A DNA stretch of 64,000 nt from Amphiscolops sp. MND2022 (lineage: Eukaryota). The position numbers and the translations under genes were made by a program. The notes under the pieces were generated by a model. That model saw nothing but the letters and a program-made list of their open reading frames with translations, was not told the origin of the DNA and did no database searches. Position 1 is the first letter of the stretch, and every line of letters starts with the position of its first letter. The stretch is from positions 90,026,001-90,090,000 of the forward strand of contig OZ076409.1 of the NCBI GenBank assembly GCA_964187785.1. Reading direction: 5' to 3'. This document shows, one piece after another, positions 27,601 to 37,587 of the stretch.

Positions 27601-30600
27601 TGGGGTCCCATATTGCAAGCTGCGAAATATAATGGTTTAGGGATGACGTTGGGGCGTAACGGTTTAGGGATGACGATTCGCTCGTTCAGTTAAGAAACGT
27701 CATTTGAAGCTAGACTGAAACTTCTGAACCTTTCGCGCCACGAGGCAGGGAGCCGATTAATTTTTGAGGCTTCGAGTTTTTTCAAGAGAGCTATTATTTT
27801 CTGTAGGAAATCGTCCGCCTCGAATTGTGCGGCAAAAGTGTAATTTCCCAGGTTTTGCAAGATCACTACTGGATTGAAGGAATATCAGATTGGGGTCTTC
27901 AATGGCCGTTCATCGGCGAATTCGATAGTACTATTATCGCTCGTCTCATTGTCTGATTGGATGTTCTTGTTGGAGCTGCTAAATTGTTCGTAAATTGAGG
28001 CACTTATGTTCTTAATTGTTTTCTTGTTCTTGCTTACACAGCGTATTCTCGGTTTCGTTCTCACAGCTTTCCGTCCGTTCGCTCTCTTTTTCCATTTCTC
28101 TCACATTCGATAATCCTCTGCTGATTGCCTGGCTAGCTGTTCCCCGTCTGTTTTGTTCATAGAAAACAATTTTCTCAAGATCAATTTTATTTACTGCAAA
28201 CCAGTGGTTCCATAATTCTTCTGCTTCTATTTGGTTATTCTTATTGCTTGGTAATGGGTGGCGTGACAAATAATCTGCCATTCCACGAGTTCTTCCAGGT
28301 GCGTGTGTTAGAATGAAATGAAACGGCAATAGACTATCCACCCATAGCGTTAATAACTTGAATATAATTTGTCTGCCCCGTTTCTTTTAAAGTTGATGAT
28401 AAAGCTCTGTGTTCAGATACTGCCTCGAAGAGTATGCCGTACGCATAATTTTTACAGTTTTCAATGGCCCAAACAGCTGCGAGGAGTTCTAATTCATTAA
28501 TTGAATACTTTTGTACCAAGGGAGTTGAAAATCGTCATGCGAAGTATGTTGCCATCGAACCTTCCTCTGTCTGTTGCTGTTGGATTAACCCCAATCATTC
28601 TCTACTGGCGTCCCAAAGGATCCGCACAAGTTTGTTTTTCTGAAAGGTTTTGTCTCCGTGATTTTTTATATTTCTTTCTTTATTGTTTCAAATGCTTTTT
28701 CGTGCTCATCCTCCTTGTTTCATTCGTTATTCGTGCTGTTACGGGTGTGTAGCGGGCGCATGTCTTTGCTAGGTTTAGAAAGAACAGGTTCTTTTGATTG
28801 AGTGCTCTCATTAGTCATCGTCATTCCGCTAGGGAAAATGGTCTCAGTCGATCAGAAATTGCCTGCATTTATCAATCGCTTTCACCCCGCTTTCCAAACG
28901 TTTGTATCCCAGCCATTCAGTTTTCATTTGTGATATTCTAAATTTTTCTAGCTTCAATCGAGTTCCCGCTTCATCTAGTGTTTGCATTACTTTTTCTACT
29001 TTGACCATATGTTGTCTGTGAGTCCCTTGGTTACGACAATGATGTCGTTTATGAAGCCGAATGTGTTCTGAATATTGTGAGATAGCTTGTCCAGAATCTT
29101 TTGGAAGTCGAGTGGCATTCTCGTGAGTCCGTAATAACCAGTGTTGAATGCGTATGTTCCAGTAGCCCTGCCACCGATTATCTGGAAGTTGCAGTCGCGT
29201 GCGGTTTCTGGGTTAAGCTCCGTTTGGCCATATGCGTATATTTCAAAAATGTTAGTTCACTCAAAATCTACCTTTGCTTTTCATTCTAAAATTGAGTTGG
29301 TTCAGCCAATCGCGTCTTAAAAAATTTTTCCATCTCTAGAAATCATAATTCTGGCGTTTTTGATCTACATATTGTTCGTTTTGTTGGCTTGGCCTGGCAA
29401 AAACAACATCCAACTTCAATATTTCCCGTAAGTCTGCTTGGGTAAATATGGTAATTGGCGAGCCTAAATCAATCGTCGTTGTAAATGGTTGGTTGTTTAT
29501 TTTGCCTTTCATGACAAAATGTTGACTTTCGCTTCCGCCGATGTGCAAGATCATGTTGTCTTCATTCCTTCACCGTGCTCTCTCCTGATTGGTTGCCATC
29601 TCATTCAATCAGGTTAGTTCGCCGCATTTCAGCTCTTTCCGCGAAATTGCCTCTTCACTTGATGCTTCCACTTCTGGGGGTTTATACATCCAAGCAAAAT
29701 GACCAATTGTGGCACATTTTCGACATTAGAAAATTCTAGTCCGCATCGTGCACGCAGATTTTTTCTTTCGGATACAGCGTACACTGGTTCGCTCTTGATT
29801 TGCCTCCTGCCACTTTCAAATGTTTGGTGTTGGCTGATTTCTTCTTCGTAAACAACCGCAAAACGGAATGCTTCTTGTGTGTCCTCCTCGGGCTCCATCG
29901 AGTGCACAGATTTTGTTGTACCCTTTTATTGTTCATGTTTTGAAGAAATATGTCCATGATTGGACAGATGGACAGATTCCAGTTTGTTCCCCGAATGCAC
30001 GCTTTGAAATCATTCCCGTTAATGTAGGCCAGAATTGGCGTAATCTCTCTTTAGTAAGACAATGCTTCAGTTTGGACAAGAACATGCGCTCTGCCACAAA
30101 ATTCATGAATCATGGATGAATCATGGATGGAACTCCTTGTGGTATGGGTGAAAAAATAGGAATGAGCCGTTCCGATAGGTAAAACTGCCTTCAAAAAAGA
30201 TGTATATGATCCTATTTTTGACCACTCTCCATCGCCTAAGCTGAAACAAAAAGAAGTTAGAAGCATAATGTCGGACATTCAGTTCAACTGAAAGCAAGCA
30301 TTCAGTAATTGAAAAATGTCCTTCTTCTGGGTTGGAGACTCTCTGCTAGTGCGGTATATTATATTTTTCATATTTGTTTATCAATTGACTGCCAAAGTTG
30401 CATTATCGTTTTATCACCCAGTTGATTCAATGTGTGCAAAAATTACTGCATCCGTTTCATCACTATCTAGGGATCAAATCATCATGTGAGGTATTATCCA
30501 ACAAAATTCTCGGAAGTTGAAAAAAGCTGAATTCTGAATACATTAAAGCAGTATTACAGCAGACTCAACTTGTAAGCCTAAGCGGTCACTTGAGGATATT

Positions 30601-31290
30601 TTTGGCACTGGATATGACAGAATTTCCTCTTTAAGTGTCCATGAACCTATTTAAAAGACTTTGTTCTTTTCGAGCCCGAAGCGGGGAGCCAATTTGGGTA
30701 GGTCCCGGCCTCCGGAATTTAAATGCTTGTAAAATCCTATAAAAGACAAAGTATCTATCTTAAAGCAGCAAAACTAACTCACCCAAGCAAAGGAGTACAA
30801 GTGATTGATAAAGGCCACATTGACCCACAGCTGTTCCAACTCGTAAGAAAAGCACCAAACTGAACATAGCCAAAACGCAAGGCATAAATACTCCAAATAA
30901 AGTATTCAGTGTACGCCCATCGGATACCCCTGGAACTTCTCCACTGCCAGTCACCCCAGAGCGCTTTCGTTTGGCCTTCTTGAAAACAGACGCCCTTGCA
31001 GCCCTGCTCACTTGGTGAGTCAAGATTTTATAAGAGGTCAATCCCGAAATACTTTCTCCCTTTTCGTCTGAAGTGACGGGCTCGTTGTGGAAAACATCGG
31101 GACTTGTACTAATCTCGTTTCTCTCTTCTGCCGGGCCAAAACTGCTGCTCAAACTACTGGAATCGTCATCAGTCAAAGGAACTTCGTCATCTGAATGAGT
31201 GTTCACATCTCGCGAGCCCTCGCCCGGGATTTCTTGGTACCCATTAACCACGGCTATTTGGCTATTTCTTTGACTAATTCCAGCTCCCAT
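6430..31290 (-). CDS. SLC12A9: SLC12A9-like cation-chloride cotransporter (CIP1/CCC6 type), 8 exons: complement(join(6430..6675,7197..7451,9578..9914,16509..16803,20889..21807,22820..23069,24517..24787,30783..31290)), 1026 aa
   Basis: SLC12 motifs occur in order: LFGVFMPCVLAMFSLVLFLRVG, AISTNGEVDAGGAYFMISRTLGPEFGG, DYTT..VFGIVFNGCTGILAGANLSGELKNPS, APNFRPSFKYFSW, HVKFWRPQILLLV, SGLGGMKPNTVILGFYD, FLYLPRPP..LLVHGVSVVTCT. All seven introns are phase-consistent (1,2,0,1,2,0,0) and the total of 3081 nt is divisible by 3. Confidence 0.93.
7197..7451 (-). CDS. SLC12A9: SLC12A9-like exon 7
   Basis: Acceptor TGTTTAG; GVWKSNSRLRVF...LLDKLRISAEV; donor GAA|GTTAGT. Confidence 0.85.
8230..9030 (+). mobile_element. 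3' fragment of a non-LTR retrotransposon (LINE ORF2 C-terminus and 3' UTR)
   Basis: ORF 8407-8865 (LEKQLNWGIKACF...ILPV...RTLPLWNTLP) resembles the post-RT C-terminus of CR1/L2-type ORF2; 5' truncated. Confidence 0.65.
9578..9914 (-). CDS. SLC12A9: SLC12A9-like exon 6
   Basis: Acceptor TTTTTCCAG; KNVCLARNF, YIDVW, FMLQLACIL; donor AAG|GTGTGC. Confidence 0.9.
10181..10270 (+). repeat. tRNA-derived SINE-like head
   Basis: A-box-like TGGCCTGGAGG at 10185-10195 and B-box GGTTCGAGTCC at 10245-10255; no cloverleaf evident. Confidence 0.5.
10574..10999 (+). mobile_element. HINE-like element, family A
   Basis: 5' TTTTTAGTCGGCGC..GCCCGACTAT; 3' GCGCCGACT, hairpin GACGTTCCCGTC and TTGTT; internal AAAGGGTCCCCCTT motifs. 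Confidence 0.8.
11151..12003 (+). mobile_element. HINE-like element, family A
   Basis: Same termini (3' GCGCCGACTTGGGCCGGTCCCGGCTTGTT); internal tandem GGGTCCCCC units. Confidence 0.8.
12110..12753 (-). mobile_element. HINE-like element, family D, containing three ~172-bp tandem units
   Basis: AACCAGAG, hairpin CCGCATGTGCGG and subTIR AGGAGTCGG at the left end; CCGACTCCTAAAAA at the right end; CACATCCCAGC recurs at 12217, 12390 and 12562. Confidence 0.7.
13259..16059 (+). mobile_element. HINE-like element, family B (second copy; 5' terminus tandemly duplicated; contains a nested family A copy)
   Basis: Same termini and ~185-bp units as 112-3518. Confidence 0.7.
14562..15085 (+). mobile_element. 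HINE-like element, family A, nested in family B
   Basis: TTTTTAGTCGGCGC ... GGCGCCGACTTGAGACGATCCCGT; B-box-like GGTTCGATTC at 14721. Confidence 0.78.
16509..16803 (-). CDS. SLC12A9: SLC12A9-like exon 5
   Basis: Acceptor TTTTCCAG; HVLQ...GLGGMKPNTVILGFYD...; donor AG|GTAAGT. Confidence 0.92.
17572..18087 (-). other. Intronless 171-aa ORF in SLC12A9 intron 4, probably a retroelement-derived gag-like N-terminal fragment
   Basis: ATG-initiated ORF MPSIRKQKAREKRSRQ..MSDMENLDIMLG with a helical segment; no splice sites linking it to the host gene; the gag assignment is inference. Confidence 0.4.
18368..18864 (+). mobile_element. HINE-like element, family A
   Basis: TTAGTCGGCGC..GCCCGACTAT ... 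GCGCCGACTTTAGACGTTCCCGTCTTGTT. Confidence 0.8.
19687..20279 (-). mobile_element. HINE-like element, family A (inverted; close relative of 10574-10999)
   Basis: AACAAGACGGGAACGTCTAAAGTCGGCGC ... ATAGTCGGGC..GCGCCGACTAAAAA. Confidence 0.8.
20889..21807 (-). CDS. SLC12A9: SLC12A9-like exon 4
   Basis: Acceptor CCAATAG; DYTTKDVYNFISVFG...KKSGLYVI; donor G|GTGAGT. Confidence 0.93.
21944..22295. mobile_element. hAT-like MITE
   Basis: TIR CAGGAGGCGGAATTTA / TAAATTCCGCATCCTG; 8-bp TSD ATTATAAC at 21936-21943 and 22296-22303. Confidence 0.85.
22820..23069 (-). CDS. SLC12A9: SLC12A9-like exon 3
   Basis: Acceptor TTTCTATCCAG; FLILVFCTVICAVGGSLYAKS...HYSQ; ends at a GC donor CAG|GCAAGA. Confidence 0.87.
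23647..24195. mobile_element. CACTA/EnSpm-like MITE (CCC..GGG, 2-bp TSD)
   Basis: TIR CCCTAGTTGAGACT.. / ..AGTTTCAACAAGGG; TSD AT; the host repeat is uninterrupted at ~3808; related to 33456-34002. Confidence 0.8.
24517..24787 (-). CDS. SLC12A9: SLC12A9-like exon 2
   Basis: Acceptor TTTTACAG; YFIILMTTLSICAISTNG...QLLY; ends at a GC donor AG|GCAAAA. Confidence 0.88.
25706..30260 (-). mobile_element. Decayed Ty3/Gypsy LTR retrotransposon in SLC12A9 intron 1 (gag-PR-RT-RNaseH-INT)
   Basis: Protease IDLGSPITI (29336-29554); RT KYAYGQ, GYYGLTRMPLDFQ and GFINDII (~29040-29240); RNase H KYSINELELLAAVWA (28334-28519); integrase WWPRL..TCQQ and HGFPKTIRTD (27146-27618). Domain order is Gypsy-like and there are many frameshifts. 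Candidate PPT GGGGGA before TG at 25995; 5' LTR not recognised. Confidence 0.88.
30783..31290 (-). CDS. SLC12A9: SLC12A9-like exon 1 (ATG, acidic/Ser-rich N-terminus, first TM segments)
   Basis: ORF MGAGISQ...LVLLCL; donor G|GTGAGT at 30782. Confidence 0.88.
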
Positions 31291-31670
31291 CGCGCTCCAA
31301 AGTCAAGATCGCGCTAATCCTTCAGTGGAATTGAAAAACTGAAACGAAAATAATAAAACTCTCTGATTATTTAAACGAAAGTATAAGCAATGAATTGAGT
31401 AAGCATTGCTCAATAGAGTGTAGCAAAAATTGATAACGCTCGATATAATTTGAAGACTAATTTTGTACTCAACGCAATTGAAAACAATCTTTAATACTAT
31501 CAATGAGCTAAATCTTTTGTGGGAATTTCTTTTGGTAGTAGTTAACACCTATCAATAGTGTTTCAGAATACTTGATTATATGGCCCATTTTTATGTCTAT
31601 GGCCAATTTTTACAGGGAAATCAGATGAGCAAACATTTAGGTTTCAAAAATTTTAAGAAATAAAATTATC

Positions 31671-32499
31671 GGACCATGTGATCTATTTCCCCCCAAACTG
31701 CGGCGGGGGGGGGGGGGAAATAATACAGTAGGTTCAAATACTAGTTTTAAACGAATTAATTATGTCGACATAACATTTTAAATAGTCAAATACCATTATG
31801 TCGACATCGTTGCGTTGAAATTTTAGTCCAATAAAATGGGGACAGTTCAAATCGTAGAATATTCAAAGCGTCGAACACGTATTAATGTAGCGAGCATGGT
31901 ATGACGTATGGAATGAATTGATTTCGGCCAATCAAATTCGAGCATTCAAAATTACGATAACGTAGTCAGCTATGTTCACATACCCCTAGTGCCCTAAATG
32001 CAGGAGCGAAGCGAAGCGGAGCGACGTGCCATGTGGCCATGCCTCAATGTTGCTACTTGGCGAAGGGAGCGAAGCGACCGAGCCATACAACAAATATGCT
32101 AACCTCTTCAAATTCTTTCGACGCTTTGAATAGCTTTGATTTTTTCGACGGTTTGAATATTCTACGATTTGAATAGTCACCCAATAAAATAATTGATGTC
32201 GACATAATCATATCTTTTACATTGATTGACAGTTAAAATCAATCATTATTCTTTGAAATGTGCTTCCAAACGGACATACTTCCATATTTACAAAACTACG
32301 AACTTTGCATTCAGCATTTAAAAAATTTGGGTCTTTTGCCACGAAGTTTAAATTCACGCGTTTGTTAATATTTGTAAGCATATCAACTTGTTTTATTCAT
32401 TCAATAATTAATATACTTGTGAAAAAGCCGTTTTCGTTTTTTTTTGGGGGGGGGATTCTTAACAAGGTGTACCTGGGGGGGTAATAGATCACATGGTCC
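31671..32499. mobile_element. GG..CC MITE with 8-bp TSD (Merlin-like), carrying the shared ~150-bp core at 31958-32109
   Basis: TIR GGACCATGTGATCTATT.CCCCCC; TSD AAATTATC at 31663-31670 and 32500-32507. Confidence 0.82.
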
Positions 32500-33455
32500 A
32501 AATTATCTTTTTTACCAAGTTAAACTTCAGTTCACAAAAAAAAATTCGAACTGGCTCAATTAAAAGTGACATTTTTTCATAGCAGGAAGTTAACGTCGAT
32601 AGAATATCGCAAAAAAGAACCGGAAATGGTTTTGCAAAGTTGTTCATTTAATTGAATTGGCTGTTTTGTAACAATGAAATACTTCAATCGAGAACGAAAG
32701 CTAACAAAATGTAAACTTTATTGAGCCGTTTCGAAAACTAAATTTGAACTCCTTCGAATAGGAAATAATTCTAGTGAATGAATTTTTAAAATGTGATCGT
32801 AAAATGAACAAGTTTGAACGCTAAGCTGAAAACGAATGCGTTTTGATTTCAATTTCTGATCAACGAGGAATTCAATGCATTGAATCAAGTAAAATTCATC
32901 ATATGCAAACACTTTAAAACTGAAATTGATTCGTATCAGATTTTTTCAGCGGGATATAAACATGATTATATCCCGATTATTTGCATATGATGAGTTTTAA
33001 TTTAGCTCATTTTCAAGTGGAAGTGTTTGATGATTGCTTTATTTAACGTTTTCGATCTTTTTGTACCATAACACCAAATCTTTCCGGGCGATCATCTTTT
33101 CTTCATCTTTCTAACAATTCTTTACCTTCAAAAATCCACCTCTAGCCAATCGCAATGTCACGGGTGCATGTCTTAAGCATGAAAAGACCCTTGCATAAAA
33201 ATTAGATATTCTAAGAGTTTTTTTCAGAATCTATTCAATGGTAGTTGTAATTTTTTCCAAACAGGACACTAAAAAGACTATTTTTTTGAATAAGACACTG
33301 TGACCGGTGTTCGAAATCATAAACAAGTAGCTCGACAAAATAGGTACCAGAGTAACAACGGTCAAGTGACCTTTGCTGGTAATGACACATTATTGCATTG
33401 CAAATTCGGCATCTGATACGACAATGAAGGTCAACAATGTAAAATCAACGTGCTA

Positions 33456-34002
33456 CCCTAGTCGAGATTGCTTGAACTTTTTACATGCTGCATGGAAACA
33501 TGCAGGCTAAGTTTTTACAAAGCATGGAAAATTCCGGGAGCCTGCATGGAAACATTTTGTAGGATTACAATGCAGCTTCCACTATTTCAATTAAAACTGA
33601 AAACTTTTCCACTTCTTCACCACCGCGATCACTTTGTTTTCACGCGTAAGTTATTCAATAAGTACCTTATGTAATCACCGTTAGTCAGATAGCACGCTGA
33701 ATATGACGCTACTTTGAAACTTATAATGTGACTAAAGTTTATTTGCATTGAAAGCGCAGTAAAATTGATGACGGTCTCAGCTGCTTTCAAAATTAGAACG
33801 GCGTCTTAATGAAACCTGCAAAACTTTGCGGCGCAAAATTGCCGCCAAATTTAGGATGCACTTTATAGGCAGCTTGATAAAATTGAATCGAATCAGTGAA
33901 GTTTTGTTGCATGGAAATTTCTTTGAGAATTTTATACAATCATGGAAAATTAGGTTGGTAACCTACAAAACATGTAAAAAGTTCAAGCAGTTCCAACCAG
34001 GG
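33456..34002. mobile_element. CACTA/EnSpm-like MITE
   Basis: ~32-bp imperfect TIR CCCTAGTCGAGATTGCTTGAACTTTTTACATG; TSD TA. Confidence 0.82.
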
Positions 34003-34008
34003 TATCCA

Positions 34009-34366
34009 CTAGGGTCGGCGATTAGGGACCGCAGGACCGTAGACCGTACGTTGAGACCGTAGAACGCATTTCTGAGAAAAGGCAAGCCCACATTTCTCAG
34101 AAAAGGCCACTTTACATGTAATTTCAGTTCTAATTCAAGCTTAACGTTAATTTTGTTATTTTTGATTCCGTATTTCTTAACATCCGTTTTTCTATCTATT
34201 ACAGATTTATAATGTCTGGCATTAATTGAATTTTGAATAATTTGTAATTTGAAATTTGTTTCTCCAAATGTTTTTTTACTCAGGACCGTAGCCTAGGACC
34301 GTAGACCGCAAGAAGAAACCCGTAGACCGTAGATTTTGAATAAAGACCGTACGGTTCCGACCCTAG
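34009..34366. mobile_element. MITE with 8-bp TSD (hAT-like) and GACCGTA subterminal repeats
   Basis: TIR CTAGGGTCGG / CCGACCCTAG; TSD GCTATCCA on the right; the left copy is split by the element at 33456-34002. Confidence 0.75.
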
Positions 34367-34399
34367 GCTATCCATTTACCAGTGTCAATGCCAGTGTCA

Positions 34400-35417
34400 A
34401 ACAACCCGGGAAAGGCCAAAGTCGGCGCCATATCTAAGGCTCAAAAATAGCAAAAGGACTTCAAAATGTCAAATTAGTGGTGAACTGAGGACCTTTTTAT
34501 GAATAAAAAAAATTTTGAAGAAAAGTCTTACAATGCCGAAAAAACTGAAAGGGGTCCCTTTGGGATTTTCCAACATCCAGTCTGTCGCAAAACTCCGAAA
34601 AATTGAAGGAAGAACCGTTTGGGGATTTCGGAAAAAAATGTCCCACAATGCTGAAAACTCAAAGGTGGAACTCTTTAGTCTCGCCCGGTATTGTATGTTA
34701 CGCGGAAAAAAATGAAAAACCTTTTTGATTCTGTTCGCTGGCCAAATGTTTCAATTTGACACCATGAAATTTTGTAGAACTTGTAGAACTATTTTGGTCA
34801 CTTCACGTGTATCGAAAAGAAATAATTAACAAGACGGGAACGTCCCAAGTCGGCGCCATATCTTAGGCTCAAAAATATTCAAGGAACAACTATTGGAAAA
34901 ATTTGGAAAAAAATTTTTTTTCAGAAAAAAATTTTTGATTTTTTTTCGAAAAAAGTATTTTTTAGGTCGCACAATGCCGAAAAACTCAAAAAGAGGCCAT
35001 TCAGGCTCATTCAACGTTTTCTACAAACCGAAAACTTCAAAAAAATTCAAGGGGGTACCCTTTGATAAATTTCGAAAATTTTCGAAAAAAGTCGCATAGT
35101 GCCGAAAAAAACCCAAAGGGGGGACCCTTTGGTCTCACCTGTACTTTTGGAAGCATTAAAAAATTTATGGCTTAGTGCGAGAATCGAACCCACGCTCTCC
35201 GGCTGGGTCGAAGATGGAAGATGAACAAATATGAAAGATGAACAAAAATTGTAAGAAAAGTGGACCACTCAGAGTGAGATTGTCAACTGAAAAAAAACAC
35301 AAAAAAAACTACTCACTGTAAGAGTCGGGCTTTTTTCCTTAAGGGAAAAGGCGCCGACTAAAAAAACACTGACGAAAAGCCATGACAATAGCGCTTCAAG
35401 AAAAGCGCCGAGTAAAA
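34400..35417 (-). mobile_element. HINE-like family A element with a second family A copy nested at 34828-35366
   Basis: Two left termini (AGTCGGCGCCATATCT at ~34420 and ~34848) and two right termini (GCGCCGACTAAAA at ~35351, GCGCCGAGTAAAA at ~35405). Confidence 0.75.
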
Positions 35418-35936
35418 TGAAACGGGATTGTTGTAGTAGTTCGAATGACCCTAGCTTAAGTGTGAAAACGTCTCAAATAAAAAGCAGAGCATTTTGGTCA
35501 TTTGTTGACTTTGCCTGTGTCTACAATTCAATGATTTAAACGATTTATGAAAAAATGATACAACTTGTGCGTAAGGGTCGTTTATTTTGAAATTTTCAAA
35601 ACAAATGTCATCGAAATCGCACAGTGAAATGGTTAAATAACACTTCGATGAAAAAGTCAGTCTTAAAATAGAAACGCTTAAGGTTCGTCATATCTTTCAA
35701 AACTTTTCGGAAGTTACTAAAAACACCGAACTGTGACGATATGGGAACTGCGCACAAAACTTCATTTTTCGGCTTTTTTGAAATATTTTTTCGCCAAGTT
35801 TTGTATAATTTGCTGGTTTGTAGTTCAATTTTGGGAAATTATTAGCAGGCTGAAACGGCCAGCAATTTTTAGTTGATCCATTTCTATGGATATTGATCAA
35901 AAATTTCAAACAGAGAGCATTCCGTTGGTCTTTTTA

Positions 35937-36973
35937 CCCTAGGTTACAAGAATCACAAATCTTGCAAAATTCTTCCGAAATTCTCGCCAACTTTGCATTT
36001 CTTATCAGAATCTTTCAAGTTTGTACAAGAATTGCAAACTTTGCAAATTTGTTACAATGTCGAACATTTCTTACACGATTCTGATAACATTTTTGCAAAA
36101 AAATGCATTTTTTTGGTAAGAAATTCGTACAAAAAATGTGATGAGTCATTTCGACCAAAATTTAAAAAATTATCAAACTACCAGCAACAACAGCCACAGT
36201 TGCCGTTTACAATGCACAAACTGTCCCAGGATCCCAGCAAAAGGGTCCAAATTGTTAATTTTGAGCAAGAAGAATTTACATGCAATTCTACCCCAAAAAA
36301 GTATTATAACGTAATCCAGCTATGAAACTCCGGAAAAAAACTCCGAGAACTCTTCAGCTAAGGATGATAGGAATATGAACATGGTACCAAATGAAAATCC
36401 ATTTCAAGGGCTTTCAAACGGTTCTAACCCGAACCTGCAGTCAGCTACTGTGATGGAGAAAATCAGTGAAAATACTACAAAACCACATGTGTAATGCCAT
36501 ATTGAAAACTATAAAAACCCTGAAAATTCTAGCACAATTTAACCATCGGTTTCATTTCTTACCCAGTCCTTTTCAACTAGTCTGTTGAGAATGGAGGACA
36601 TTGCTCTCTTAGAGGCAATGACACCACGCAGGGCTGTAAGGTTGTAAGCGAAAGCTTTACAACAATAACATCAAACAATGCTTATTGCAAATAAGCCATT
36701 CCGATAACTAAAGATCTTAGATGCTCTAATATGGGGCAATTGTGTCATTTTTCGCGTACAGATCGTTTTCTTTTGCAGCCGTTCAATTTTTTGGAGGCAG
36801 GAAATGCAAAAAAAAATGTCAAATTTATGCATTTTTTGTAACATTCTGAGCAGAAAAATGCTAATCTTGCAAAATTTTTGCAAGAGTTAGATTCTAAAAA
36901 TGAATTTTCTTACAAGACCTTACAAGAATTCTTGTAAGAATTTTGCAAGAGTTGTGATTTTTGTAACTTAGGG
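35937..36973. mobile_element. CACTA/EnSpm-like non-autonomous element
   Basis: ~38-bp TIR CCCTA(G/A)GTTACAA(G/A)AATCACAA(A/C)TCTTGCAAAATTCTT; TSD TA; CTTGCAA subterminal motifs. Confidence 0.82.
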
Positions 36974-37012
36974 TATGCTCATATACATCAAGAGTTTTAT
37001 AAGTAACAACGC

Positions 37013-37587
37013 TTTTTTAGTCGGCGCGTCATGAAGTGAAACGCAACTATTATAGTGACTCTTTTTCATTTTTTTCAATCTACACGAACTGGCCAAAATA
37101 GTTCTTAAAAGTTCTACGAACTTTCATGGTCCCAAATTGCATCATTTGGCCTAGCGAACTGAACCAAAATGGTTTTTCCTCTTTTTCCACGTAACAAATA
37201 CCTTTTCAGTTTTTTTCGGCACTGTGAAACTTTTTTTCGAAAACAAAATTTCCCCAAAGGGTCCCCCCTTCAATTCTTTGATGTTCTGCGACAATGGATG
37301 TTGAAAAATCCCAAAGTCTCTTTTCAGTTTTTTTTTGGGCATTGTGAGACTTTTTTTCGAAAAAAAACGTCTTTTCACCAAAGTGTCTTTTCTTGAATTT
37401 TTTGTTATTTTGCAACAATGACTGTTAAAAAATGCAAAAGGGTCCCGCCACTTCGGTCGTTTGGGTTTTTCGTGAGTTTCATACTCTTTTTGCGAGTTTG
37501 ATACTTTGAATTTTCTGACACTTTCATGTCCTTTTGCTATTTTTGAGCTTTAGATATGGCGCCGACTTATGTCGTCCCCGGCTTGTT
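37013..37587 (+). mobile_element. HINE-like element, family A (a further degenerate 3' part follows at ~37710-38086)
   Basis: TTTTTAGTCGGCGC ... GGCGCCGACTTATGTCGTCCCCGGCTTGTT. Confidence 0.78.

Noticed and set aside
30260..30560. 5' LTR of the Gypsy element
   Set aside because: No convincing similarity to the candidate 3' LTR at 25706-25995.
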